A DNA stretch of 64,000 nt, taken from positions 744,001-808,000 of the forward strand of contig OZ251241.1 in assembly GCA_965240325.2 (NCBI GenBank), read 5' to 3'. Shown here one piece after another: positions 10,057 through 19,600 of the stretch. Made by a program: the position numbers and the translations under genes. Position 1 is the first letter of the stretch, and every line of letters begins with the position of its first letter. Origin of the DNA: Rebecca billardiae RCC1528 (taxonomy: Eukaryota; Protista; Haptophyta). The notes beneath the pieces were generated by a model that saw only the letters and a program-made list of their open reading frames with translations, was not told the DNA's origin and did not search any database.

Positions 10057-11166
10057 TCATTCGCCTTGTGCGACGCCCTGCCCTTCGAGATAGCTCGTGG
10101 GCGGATAGCGCGGTGGATCATCGGCCGAGCAGCACGTCGGGACGACTGCCATGCGCACGGTGGGCGTGGCGTTGAAGAAGAAGGGCAGAGCGTACCGCGC
10201 GGGCGGCGTGCGCTGCTGCTCGGCGTCGCGCGCGGCAGAGTCACTGCCGGGCTGCGGCGGTGCGTCGGCCGCGGCGTCGGCCGCGCCCTCTGCGGGCGCG
10301 TTGAGGACGTAGTGCCGCGTCGCCATCCACCGGTCGTTCGTCAGCTGCGCGAGCAGCTGCCCGGTGTTCACCACCAGCGCGCCCGGCACCGCGCGCGCGC
10401 GCACCCACCGCTGCGTGCGCGCGCTGTAGAAGACGAGGCCGGGCGACGAGGCGGCGAGCACCGTGACGAAGGAGGTGTCCACGTGCGGGTGGATCCCAAA
10501 CGCGCCGGCCGGCGTCGGCGGGTAGTGCGTCAGCCGCGCGCGGTACATCGGCCGCTCGAAGGCGCGCGCGAAGAAGGAGGGCGCGAGTCCGAGCGCGACC
10601 GCATACAGCGGAAGCATGCGCACGCACAGCGCGCACATCTCGGCGCAGAAGCGCTCGACCGCGGCGCGGAAGCCGGCGCCGAGCGGCGCGGGCCACGGCG
10701 CGTGCTCGAGCCGCACGTCGCGCGGCCCGGGCTCGTGCTTCACCACGAACGCCTCGTTGGTGTTACCCGTGTCGCGCGCCGGCAGCTTCCGATGGCCGAC
10801 CGGCAAGTAGCCGACGCCATGCTGGCCCATGGCGCACGCCTGCTTGTCCGCGGCGGGCAGCGCGTGGAACGCGCGCGCCGCACCGAACGCGCCGTCGATC
10901 ACTTCCTCCGGGACGCCGTGCCCGACCACGAGGTGGAAGCCCACCTGCTCGCCCACCACTCGCAGCGCGGCCGCGGCGCGCTCGAGCTCGTCCACGCGGT
11001 TCGTGGCGAAGAAGGCGCCGAGGTCGAGCACGGGCATGTCGACGTCGGTGGCGAGCGGGATGCTCGAGGCGTCGGCCGGGGGCGCCCACGACGCCGCCTC
11101 GCGCTTCAAGCGCTCTTCCAACTCGAGCGCGAGCGAGGGCACACTTATTCCGTCGGCGGCCGCCAT
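10057..11166 (-). CDS. 2-oxoglutarate/Fe(II)-dependent oxygenase (IPNS/DIOX-like)
   Basis: MPVLDL...VGFHLVVGHGVP (DIOX_N), RLTHYP, HPHVDTSFVTVL (HxD), VVNTGQLLAQLTNDRWMATRHYV (distal His), RYALPFF. Confidence 0.9.
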   Translation of the reverse strand: MAAADGISVPSLALELEERLKREAASWAPPADASSIPLATDVDMPVLDLGAFFATNRVDELERAAAALRVVGEQVGFHLVVGHGVPEEVIDGAFGAARAFHALPAADKQACAMGQHGVGYLPVGHRKLPARDTGNTNEAFVVKHEPGPRDVRLEHAPWPAPLGAGFRAAVERFCAEMCALCVRMLPLYAVALGLAPSFFARAFERPMYRARLTHYPPTPAGAFGIHPHVDTSFVTVLAASSPGLVFYSARTQRWVRARAVPGALVVNTGQLLAQLTNDRWMATRHYVLNAPAEGAADAAADAPPQPGSDSAARDAEQQRTPPARYALPFFFNATPTVRMAVVPTCCSADDPPRYPPTSYLEGQGVAQGE

Positions 11167-11287
11167 TCGGCTGGTTCGCGCTGAGTGAGTGCTGAGTGAG
11201 TACTGCTAAGTGCGGCAATCACCGCCGACACTGCGAGCGGGCCGCCCGCCCCTTCCCGCCCCCCCGCGTGCGGGCCGACCGGGCGCG
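11167..11287. promoter_or_regulatory. Putative bidirectional promoter (121 bp) with tandem GCTGAGTGAGT x2
   Basis: Divergent starts at 11166(-) and 11288(+); direct repeat at 11180-11201. Confidence 0.4.
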
Positions 11288-13579
11288 ATGGAGCGGCAGG
11301 ACTCGCTGGAGACGGCTGAGGACGGCGCGGGCGACGCGGCCGACGCGGAGGACGCGGGCCTGCTCAGCGTCGGCCGCGCGAAGACCACCGACAAGGCGCG
11401 CGCCGCCCACAGCGGCTGGCGCGGCGTGTGGTGGCGGCTGCTGCCGCTCGCGAGCCTTGTCGCCTCGGTCGGCGGCGGGGTTGGGCTGTGGCACGCGCTC
11501 GAGCGCGACCGGCGTGCCCGCTCGCTGAGCGCCGCATTCGAGCGGCGAGGCGCCCGCGTCACGCGCGTGCACACGGGCGGACCCGTCGCGCTGACGGCAG
11601 CATGGCCGCCGCACGTGCTTGGCCCAACGACGCGCGCGGCGCTCAACGCGAGCGAGCAGCTCGCGCTCCTGGGCGTGCTCGGCGAGGCGGCGGCGCGCCC
11701 GCCGCGCGGACGCTGCCCGCGCGCCGCCGCGTTCGTCCGCCCTTCCGCCGACGCGCACCCGAGCCCGAATGTCGAGGGCGAGCTCGGCGTGAGCGCGCTG
11801 TGGGCGGTCGACCATGCGCGGCTGGACCTGGCGCCGCGCGGCGCGTGGGGGGCGCGCTACGCGCGCAGGCGCGCGTGCACGCGCCCGGCGGAGTGCGTGA
11901 GCGCGTCGAGGCCGGCGTGCGCCGCGGACGGCCCGCTGCGCGTCTTCTGGTACGGCGTGAGCGCGCCGCTGCGCGCCGCCGGCGCCGACCACGCCGCCGC
12001 CGGCGCGGGAGGCGGCGGCAACGGCTCCGAGGCGGCGGCCGCGGCGGCCGCGGCGGCCGCGACGTGCACGCTGCCCGTGTGCGAGTGGGCGCTCGCGGAG
12101 CTCCAGCGGGGCGACGCCGCCCCCGCCTCCGCCGCCGTGCTCGTCTCTCGGCCCGAGGAGGCATGCATTTTCGTGTACGCGCCGCCCGATCCTTCGATCG
12201 GGCTGGCACCGGTGCTGCCGCCGCTGCCGCCGTCGACGCTGAGCGCAGAGGCGCGCGCGCGCGGCGCGGACCCGTCGGCCTCGGTGTGGGCGCGCGTGCT
12301 GCCCCACTGGCGCGCCGTCGACGGCGTGCCCGGGCGCAACCACCTCCTGCTCCAGCCGCAGTGCGCCGCGCGGTGCGACGCGCCCGCCGAGCCCATTCAG
12401 CTGGGCGCCGTCGGTGACGCGATGGTCGCGTCCGAGGGCGCGTGGCGCGGGCTGTTCCGGCAAGGCTTTGATCTGCAGCTGCCGAGCGCGCCGCGCGCCG
12501 CGACGCTCGGCGCGCTCGCGGCGGCCGTGCCCCAGCCGTTCGCGCCCGCGCTGCCGCCCGCGCGCGGCGGCGGCGGCGCGGGCGCGCCGCGCTCGCGTGG
12601 TCTCCTGCTCGCCTTCAGGGCCGGCGCGAGCGCTCGGCACACGCGCTGGCTGGTGGACCGGCTGGTCGCTGTGGAGTACTCACACTCGCCCGCGCGCGGC
12701 GTGGTCGTGGACCTCGCGCCGGGCGGCGCGCAGCAGGGCGCGTGCGCGGGCGGCACGGAGCGGCGCGCGCGCCGACTGCTCGGCCAGCCGCGAGGCGCGC
12801 GCCCGCCCGCCGCCGGCGCGCGCGCGCACCGCCGCCGGCTGCGCGCGCCACGCATCTCCCAGTCCGCATTCAGCTCGCGCTCGACGCGCCCCGCGCCGAG
12901 CCGACCGTCGCCGAGCACGCCCAGCCTCAAGCTGGCGCCTGACGAGCCACCGGCGGCGGTGCGCGCGCCGCTGCTCATCGAGGACGCGCCGCTGCTCGCC
13001 AACGCATCCTACGCGCTCGCGCCGGGCGCGGACGCGCCCTCGGCCGCTCGGCGCGTCGTCGCCGTGCTCGCGGCGGGCGCTGTGCCGGTGGTGCCGGAGG
13101 ACATCGTGCTGCCGTGGGAGGGCAGCCTGTCGTGGGGCGCGTGCGCGGTGCGCGTGAGCCGCGCCGAGCTGCGCGCGCTCGCCGACGTGCTGCTCGCCCT
13201 CGCGGCCCCAGGCACGGACGCGTTCGCCCGGCGCGCGCACGCGTGCCGACACATCTGGGAGGAGCTGAGCGGAGCGGCCGCGCCGGCGCACGATGGCGCG
13301 CACGGCGGCGCGGCCGCGCGGCCGACGCGCCCGCCGGCGGCGCGAGAGCTCGCACCCTGGCGTACGCCGGCGGCGCGGCGGCAGCTGCAACCGACGGCCG
13401 GCGCGTCGGCGGCCGCCGCAGGCGAGGCGCTTGTGCGCAGCCTGCAGCGCGCGGCCGGCGCCAGGCTGTGGGCGGAGGTGGCCGCGCGCGTGCGCAGCGC
13501 GGTCCCCACTCACGGTCCCAGTCGAGCCGTGTCCGGTGATGCCGTGGTGGCGCTCTCGATGGTGTCGGTGTCGGCGTAG
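11288..13579 (+). CDS. Exostosin/GT47-like type II membrane glycosyltransferase
   Basis: Short acidic tail plus one TM segment (WWRLLPLASLVASVGGGVGLW), PEEACIFV, LPHW...GRNHLL, FRQGFDL, LLLAFR, SYALAPG, AGAVPVV...IVLPW...W (exostosin-like motifs). Confidence 0.7.
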   Translation: MERQDSLETAEDGAGDAADAEDAGLLSVGRAKTTDKARAAHSGWRGVWWRLLPLASLVASVGGGVGLWHALERDRRARSLSAAFERRGARVTRVHTGGPVALTAAWPPHVLGPTTRAALNASEQLALLGVLGEAAARPPRGRCPRAAAFVRPSADAHPSPNVEGELGVSALWAVDHARLDLAPRGAWGARYARRRACTRPAECVSASRPACAADGPLRVFWYGVSAPLRAAGADHAAAGAGGGGNGSEAAAAAAAAAATCTLPVCEWALAELQRGDAAPASAAVLVSRPEEACIFVYAPPDPSIGLAPVLPPLPPSTLSAEARARGADPSASVWARVLPHWRAVDGVPGRNHLLLQPQCAARCDAPAEPIQLGAVGDAMVASEGAWRGLFRQGFDLQLPSAPRAATLGALAAAVPQPFAPALPPARGGGGAGAPRSRGLLLAFRAGASARHTRWLVDRLVAVEYSHSPARGVVVDLAPGGAQQGACAGGTERRARRLLGQPRGARPPAAGARAHRRRLRAPRISQSAFSSRSTRPAPSRPSPSTPSLKLAPDEPPAAVRAPLLIEDAPLLANASYALAPGADAPSAARRVVAVLAAGAVPVVPEDIVLPWEGSLSWGACAVRVSRAELRALADVLLALAAPGTDAFARRAHACRHIWEELSGAAAPAHDGAHGGAAARPTRPPAARELAPWRTPAARRQLQPTAGASAAAAGEALVRSLQRAAGARLWAEVAARVRSAVPTHGPSRAVSGDAVVALSMVSVSA

Positions 13580-14422
13580 ACTCGCCGGCCGTGCACGCAC
13601 TGGCTCACAGCCCGATAGTCGGGCCTCGGCGCCCCAGCGCAGCTGACCTTCGGACAGCGGCGCCGTGCCGGCTGCGCACCGGCTGCGCATTCGTCCGCTA
13701 GGAGACAGACACTAGTCAACCGCCAGTGCGCGAGGTTCAAACGTGTCAGACTGGCACGACGACGACTCACTGACACTCCATCATGCGTTCTTGCCCGCCC
13801 CGTGCGGCGAGCAATAAAGGACAATCGCGCGGACGCACGGTTCCGGCGCCGGGTTCCGCAGGGCCGGGGTTCACAGTGCCAGCCTGTGCTGCTGCACAAG
13901 CGTACGCGGCTACTCGACAGATGACGTAGGTGTGCGCCCTGACCAACCGTGAGGCTCCCAGTGGCGTTCGACGCCGTGGTGTCCGTGATGGCGTTGATGG
14001 CTGCCCAGATTGCATTGGTCAGCGCGGCGGAGAAGGCTCGTCAGAGCGCCGCCGATCCGCGCGTGACGCTTCTAGCCATCATCATAAGTTGGCGCGTTGT
14101 TGGGGCTTCCAAGCTGGTGTATTTTATGGACGTGAGCTCACACGATCCCAATCTTGGACGGGCGCCACGCCGCACGCGCCCGCCATGGTGGCGCCGGTCC
14201 AGGCGCTTGTGGTGGCGATGGACCCCCCGCGCCGGCTGCACGCGACGGGGACGTGAGTATCGCGGACGAACTTGATCATCAGAGCGAAGGAATCGGAGTA
14301 CTCTACGACTCCGCCGAGCTTCTGTAGATTTGATGATGACTCGATGACGAACTTGAGTAAAAAGCGCGTCCGCGCCTCCGCGGCGTCCGGAGCTTTCCGA
14401 TCTGATTCGGATTCCTCCGACG

Positions 14423-15919
14423 ATGACGCGCTCGACGCGGCGCGTGCTCGCGCTCACGCTTCTCGTGTGCGGGCTGGGGGTCACGACAGGCGCGTCCACC
14501 CGACGTGCACGGCTGGTCAGCAACGCCATGGCCGCCTCTCGCGCCCGAGGCGCCCGTCCAGCCCTCGCTGCAGCCAGTGCGCGTCTGCGACCGAGCGCGC
14601 ACGCGCCCGTGATGGCAGAGGGCGGCGGCTCGGCGCCAGCTCTGCCCGCCGAGCCCAGCGCAGCCACGCCGCTCAGCGCGCGCGAGTGGCTCGTGCTTGC
14701 CCTCGCCTGCGCCATCGCGACGCTGTGCTCGCTCGACCGCGTCGTCATGTCCATCGCCGTCCTGCCGATGGGCGAGGAGCTCGGGTACGGGCAGGCGACC
14801 AGGGGCCTGATCGCGGCCGCGTTCAGCGGGGGGTACTGCCTCGGCCTCGCGCCCGCGGGGTTCGCGTGCTCCGCGCGCTCGCCCGCCAGCGTGCTCACCG
14901 CCGGGCTGCTCGTCTGGTCGCTCGCGCAGGCGGCGACGCCGCTCGCCGCCTCGCACTCGCTGCAGTGGCTGCTGGTCATGCGAGCGCTGATGGGCGTGGG
15001 CGAGGCGGCGTGCGTGCCGGCGCTGCAGGTGATCGCCGCGCAGCGCGTGCCCGAGGCGTACCGCTCTCGCTTCTGGGGCGCGCTCTGCGCCTCCTTCTCC
15101 GCGGGCTCCCTCTTCGCGTACGTCCTCACGCCCGAGCTGATGGAGGCGGGCGGCTGGCCCGCCGCCTTTGAGGTCTTCGGCGCGGTCGGCGTGGCGCTGG
15201 GCGCGGCGTGGGGCGCGTGCGCGACGGAGCCGCGCGCGCGCGCGGGCGGCCGCGCGGCCGCGCCGCCGGGCGCGCTCTCGCCGCCGCCCGTGCGCGCGAT
15301 GCTCGCCGCGCCGCCCGTGCGCGCGCTCGCCGCCGCGCACTGCGCGTCGAACGTGTTCAACTTCTTTGTGGGCTCGTGGCTGCCATCGTTCTTTGTGCAG
15401 GCGTACGGCCTCGACGTGCGCGCGGCGAGCGGCGCGTCGCTCGCGCCCGTGGCGGCGGGCACCGCGGGCGCCGCGCTCGCCGGCACGCTCGCGGACGAGC
15501 TCGCGCGCAGAGGCATGCCCCTCACCACCGTGCGCCGGCTGATGCAGCTCGTCGCCGCGCTCGGCCCCGCGGCGTGCTTGCTCGCGCTCGCGCTCTCCGC
15601 GGGCGGCGCCGAGGGCGGCGCGCTGCCGCTCGAGGGCGCGCAGGCGCTCTTCGTGCTCGCCGTCGGCGCGACGAACTTCCTCGCCGCCGGCTACGGCTGC
15701 GCGGCGCAGGACATCGCCACGCGGCACGCGGCGCTGCTGTACGGCGGCACCAGCGCCCTGGCGGCGCTCGCCGGCGCGGGCGGCCAGTACTTGACCGGCG
15801 TGGTGCTCGAGTCGACCGGCAACGAGTGGGCGCCGCTCTTCGCTCTCACGGCGGCCGTCGAGGTGGCCGGCGGGCTGGTGTTCGCCTTGTGGTGGCGCTC
15901 GGACCGGCTCTTCGAGTGA
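14423..15919 (+). CDS. MFS anion/phosphate transporter (PHT4/ANTR, SLC17-like), probably plastid-targeted
   Basis: LCSLDRVVMSIAVLPM, RALMGVGEA, GWPAAFEVFG, SWLPSFF, LADEL...VRRLMQ, many TM segments; N-terminal signal-like and Ser/Arg-rich transit-like extension. Confidence 0.85.
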   Translation: MTRSTRRVLALTLLVCGLGVTTGASTRRARLVSNAMAASRARGARPALAAASARLRPSAHAPVMAEGGGSAPALPAEPSAATPLSAREWLVLALACAIATLCSLDRVVMSIAVLPMGEELGYGQATRGLIAAAFSGGYCLGLAPAGFACSARSPASVLTAGLLVWSLAQAATPLAASHSLQWLLVMRALMGVGEAACVPALQVIAAQRVPEAYRSRFWGALCASFSAGSLFAYVLTPELMEAGGWPAAFEVFGAVGVALGAAWGACATEPRARAGGRAAAPPGALSPPPVRAMLAAPPVRALAAAHCASNVFNFFVGSWLPSFFVQAYGLDVRAASGASLAPVAAGTAGAALAGTLADELARRGMPLTTVRRLMQLVAALGPAACLLALALSAGGAEGGALPLEGAQALFVLAVGATNFLAAGYGCAAQDIATRHAALLYGGTSALAALAGAGGQYLTGVVLESTGNEWAPLFALTAAVEVAGGLVFALWWRSDRLFE

Positions 15920-16615
15920 GTAGTGCACAGGACGCGGCAGGAGCTTCACTGTCTGCACGCCAGGCGGCGCCGACTCAACGGTCATTCGGTCAAGCGCCGG
16001 ACTCCGCCGTCATCAAGTGCAAGACTTGCGGGTTGCGCGTTGTAATTTTTGATGCTGCATAGCCAATTAGCACCCGCGCCACTGATATACCGCCCAAGTT
16101 CCACATGAACCGCATATTATTTAGAAGAATCTTCTTCGATCGATCACCAACCGAGATTGCTCTCGCCAGTATGAAATTGCTCGTCTCACTGTGTGAGCCG
16201 TACCTACGTACCCCTCTTACCCACGTACTATACTAGAAGTATCCACGCTGTCAGGGACACCCGCGCGACCGAGCCCAATTTGCTTTGGGGCGCTGCTTCC
16301 AACAACCGGCTGTTTCAGATCGGGTACGTAGGCGCACACAGATCGCAGCCACGACGCGCCGGCCCGCGTCGGGCCAGCGGCTTCGTTTTGGCTACGTCCC
16401 ACCACCGCGTTATTTTTACGCCTCCACCCACGAAGCCGCTTGCGAGCCCGCGAGCCAAGCCGGCTCGCCGCGCGCCTCAGAAGAAACCACCACGCGAGGC
16501 CGCAGGCGTTGCCACCTGCTTGCCAGTCGACACTGCGCGCAGAGCAAGCCTCGACGACCGCGCGTGGAGTGGCGCACAGCGGTGCGCACGCCGACAAGCG
16601 CAGTCCCTTCTCACC

Positions 16616-19600
16616 ATGCGAGTCACTCGCAGCTGGCTCGCAGCTGCGCTGAGTCTGCTCCTCCTCGCCGCGCCGGTGGCCTCGCAACCGAGCCCGCCGC
16701 CGAGCCCGCCGCCGAGCCCGCCGCCAAGCCCGCCTCCGAGCCCGCCTCCGAGCCCGCCGCCATCGCCGCCGCCCAGCCCGCCGCCGAGCCCGCCGCCGTC
16801 GCCGCCGCCGAGCCCGCCGCCTCCAAGCCCGCCGCCGAGCCCCCCGCCATCGCCGCCGCCGAGCCCGCCGCCGAGCCCGCCGCCGTCGCCGCCGCCGTCG
16901 CCGCCGCCGTCGCCGCCGCCGAGCCCGCCGCCGTCGCCGCCGCCGAGCCCACCGCCGAGCCCGCCGCCACCATCGCCACCGCCATCCCCGCCACCCAGCC
17001 CGCCGCCAAGCCCACCGCCATCGCCTCCACCGAGCCCGCCGCCGTCACCTCCGCCCAGCCCTCCGCCGTCGCCACCGCCCAGCCCACCGCCGTCGCCGCC
17101 GCCGAGCCCACCGCCGAGCCCGCCGCCGCCGAGCCCGCCGCCATCGCCGCCGCCCAGCCCACCGCCGAGCCCGCCGCCGTCGCCGCCGCCGTCGCCGCCG
17201 CCGTCGCCGCCGCCAAGCCCGCCGCCGAGCCCGCCGCCATCGCCGCCGCCGAGCCCGCCGCCGAGCCCGCCGCCGTCGCCGCCGCCGTCGCCGCCGCCGT
17301 CGCCGCCGCCAAGCCCACCGCCGAGCCCGCCGCCGCCGACGCCACCGCCATCCCCGCCACCCAGCCCGCCGCCAAGCCCACCGCCGTCCCCTCCACCGAG
17401 CCCGCCGCCATCGCCTCCGCCTAGCCCTCCGCCGTCGCCACCGCCCAGCCCACCGCCATCGCCGCCGCCGAGCCCGCCGCCGAGCCCGCCGCCGCCGTCG
17501 CCACCGCCGTCGCCACCGCCATCGCCACCGCCGTCACCTCCGCCAAGCCCGCCGCCCTCACCGCCACCGAGCCCACCGCCATCGCCGCCGCCGTCCCCGC
17601 CGCCATCGCCGCCGCCTAGCCCGCCTCCGTCACCGCCACCGAGCCCGCCCCCGCCGTCACCACCGCCTTCGCCGCCGCCATCACCACCACCGAGCCCGCC
17701 GCCATCGCCGCCCCCGTCGCCACCGCCGTCGCCGCCGCCGAGCCCACCACCGAGCCCGCCGCCCTCGCCGCCACCGAGCCCACCACCGAGCCCGCCACCC
17801 AGCCCACCCCCACCTTCGCCGCCACCGTCGCCTCCCCCCAGCCCGCCTCCAAGCCCGCCGCCCTCACCGCCGCCCTCACCACCGCCAAGCCCACCGCCGA
17901 GCCCACCGCCGAGTCCACCGCCGCCGAGCCCGCCTCCATCCCCGCCGCCATCTCCACCACCGAGCCCGCCGCCGAGCCCGCCACCGAGCCCGCCGCCGAG
18001 CCCACCGCCGAGCCCGCCGCCCAGCCCTCCACCGCCGTCACCGCCGCCATCGCCCCCGCCGTCACCGCCCCCGAGCCCGCCGCCATCCCCGCCGCCCTCC
18101 CCGCCGCCGAGCCCACCGCCGTCGCCTCCACCGTCACCGCCGCCGAGCCCACCGCCGAGCCCGCCCCCGAGCCCACCGCCATCTCCGCCACCGAGCCCGC
18201 CACCGAGCCCACCACCGTCGCCGCCTCCGCCGAGCCCACCGCCAAGCCCGCCCCCCTCGCCGCCTCCATCGCCGCCGCCGAGCCCGCCGCCGAGCCCGCC
18301 ACCTTCACCGCCGCCCTCCCCACCCCCCAGCCCGCCCCCGAGCCCGCCCCCCAGCCCGCCGCCTTCTCCGCCCCCGCCGAGCCCACCGCCGAGCCCACCG
18401 CCATCCCCGCCGCCGTCCCCGCCACCGTCCCCGCCGCCGTCCCCGCCGCCATCGCCGCCGCCGAGCCCGCCGCCATCGCCACCGCCGAGCCCGCCGCCAA
18501 GCCCGCCGCCGAGCCCACCGCCGAGCCCACCGCCGAGCCCACCGCCAAGCCCGCCGCCATCGCCGCCACCACCAAGCCCACCGCCGAGCCCGCCGCCTTC
18601 GCCACCACCGTCGCCGCCTCCATCGCCGCCGCCGTCGCCGCCGCCGAGCCCGCCGCCATCGCCGCCGCCGAGCCCGCCACCGAGCCCACCGCCGAGCCCA
18701 CCGCCGAGCCCGCCGCCGAGCCCGCCTCCAAGCCCGCCGCCGAGCCCGCCGCCGTCACCTCCACCGCCGAGCCCGCCGCCTTCCCCACCGCCGTCACCGC
18801 CGCCGTCCCCGCCGCCAAGCCCGCCGCCAAGCCCGCCACCTTCACCGCCGCCAAGCCCACCGCCGTCTCCGCCGCCCAGCCCGCCACCCAGCCCTCCGCC
18901 GAGCCCGCCGCCGAGCCCGCCGCCGAGCCCGCCGCCGAGCCCACCGCCTTCGCCACCGCCGCCGAGCCCGCCGCCGTCACCGCCGCCAAGCCCGCCACCG
19001 TCTCCGCCACCAAGCCCACCGCCCTCACCGCCACCAAGCCCACCACCATCGCCGCCGCCGAGCCCGCCGCCAAGCCCGCCGCCGAGCCCGCCACCATCGC
19101 CGCCGCCCTCACCACCACCGTCGCCGCCACCGAGCCCACCACCGTCGCCACCGCCTCCGAGCCCGCCGCCGAGCCCGCCGCCGAGCCCGCCGCCGAGCCC
19201 GCCGCCATCTCCGCCACCCAGTCCGCCGCCCTCGCCGCCGCCGTCGCCTCCGCCGAGCCCGCCGCCGAGCCCACCGCCGAGCCCGCCTCCGTCGCCACCG
19301 CCGCCGAGCCCGCCGCCATCGCCGCCACCGAGCCCCCCGCCGTCACCGCCTCCATCGCCGCCGCCGTCGCCGCCGCCGAGCCCGCCGCCATCGCCGCCGC
19401 CCAGCCCGCCGCCAAGCCCGCCGCCGAGTCCACCGCCGAGCCCGCCGCCCTCGCCGCCGCCGAGCCCGCCGCCGAGCCCGCCACCGAGCCCGCCGCCGCC
19501 AAGCCCACCACCAAGCCCGCCCCCGTCGCCACCACCGAGCCCGCCACCCAGCCCGCCTCCCAGCCCCCCACCCTCACCGCCACCATCGCCGCCGCCGAGC

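Noticed and set aside
10057-11166. 2OG oxygenase as the prolyl-4-hydroxylase for the SPPP rod
   Set aside because: Motifs are IPNS/DIOX small-molecule type and there is no signal or anchor for the secretory pathway.
13949-14275. 108-aa hydrophobic ORF upstream of the MFS gene
   Set aside because: Non-ATG start in the track, atypical codon usage, no recognisable family.
16193-16615. 141-aa N-terminal extension of the giant ORF from a GTG
   Set aside because: In a eukaryote the ATG at 16616, followed directly by a clear signal peptide, is the likely start.
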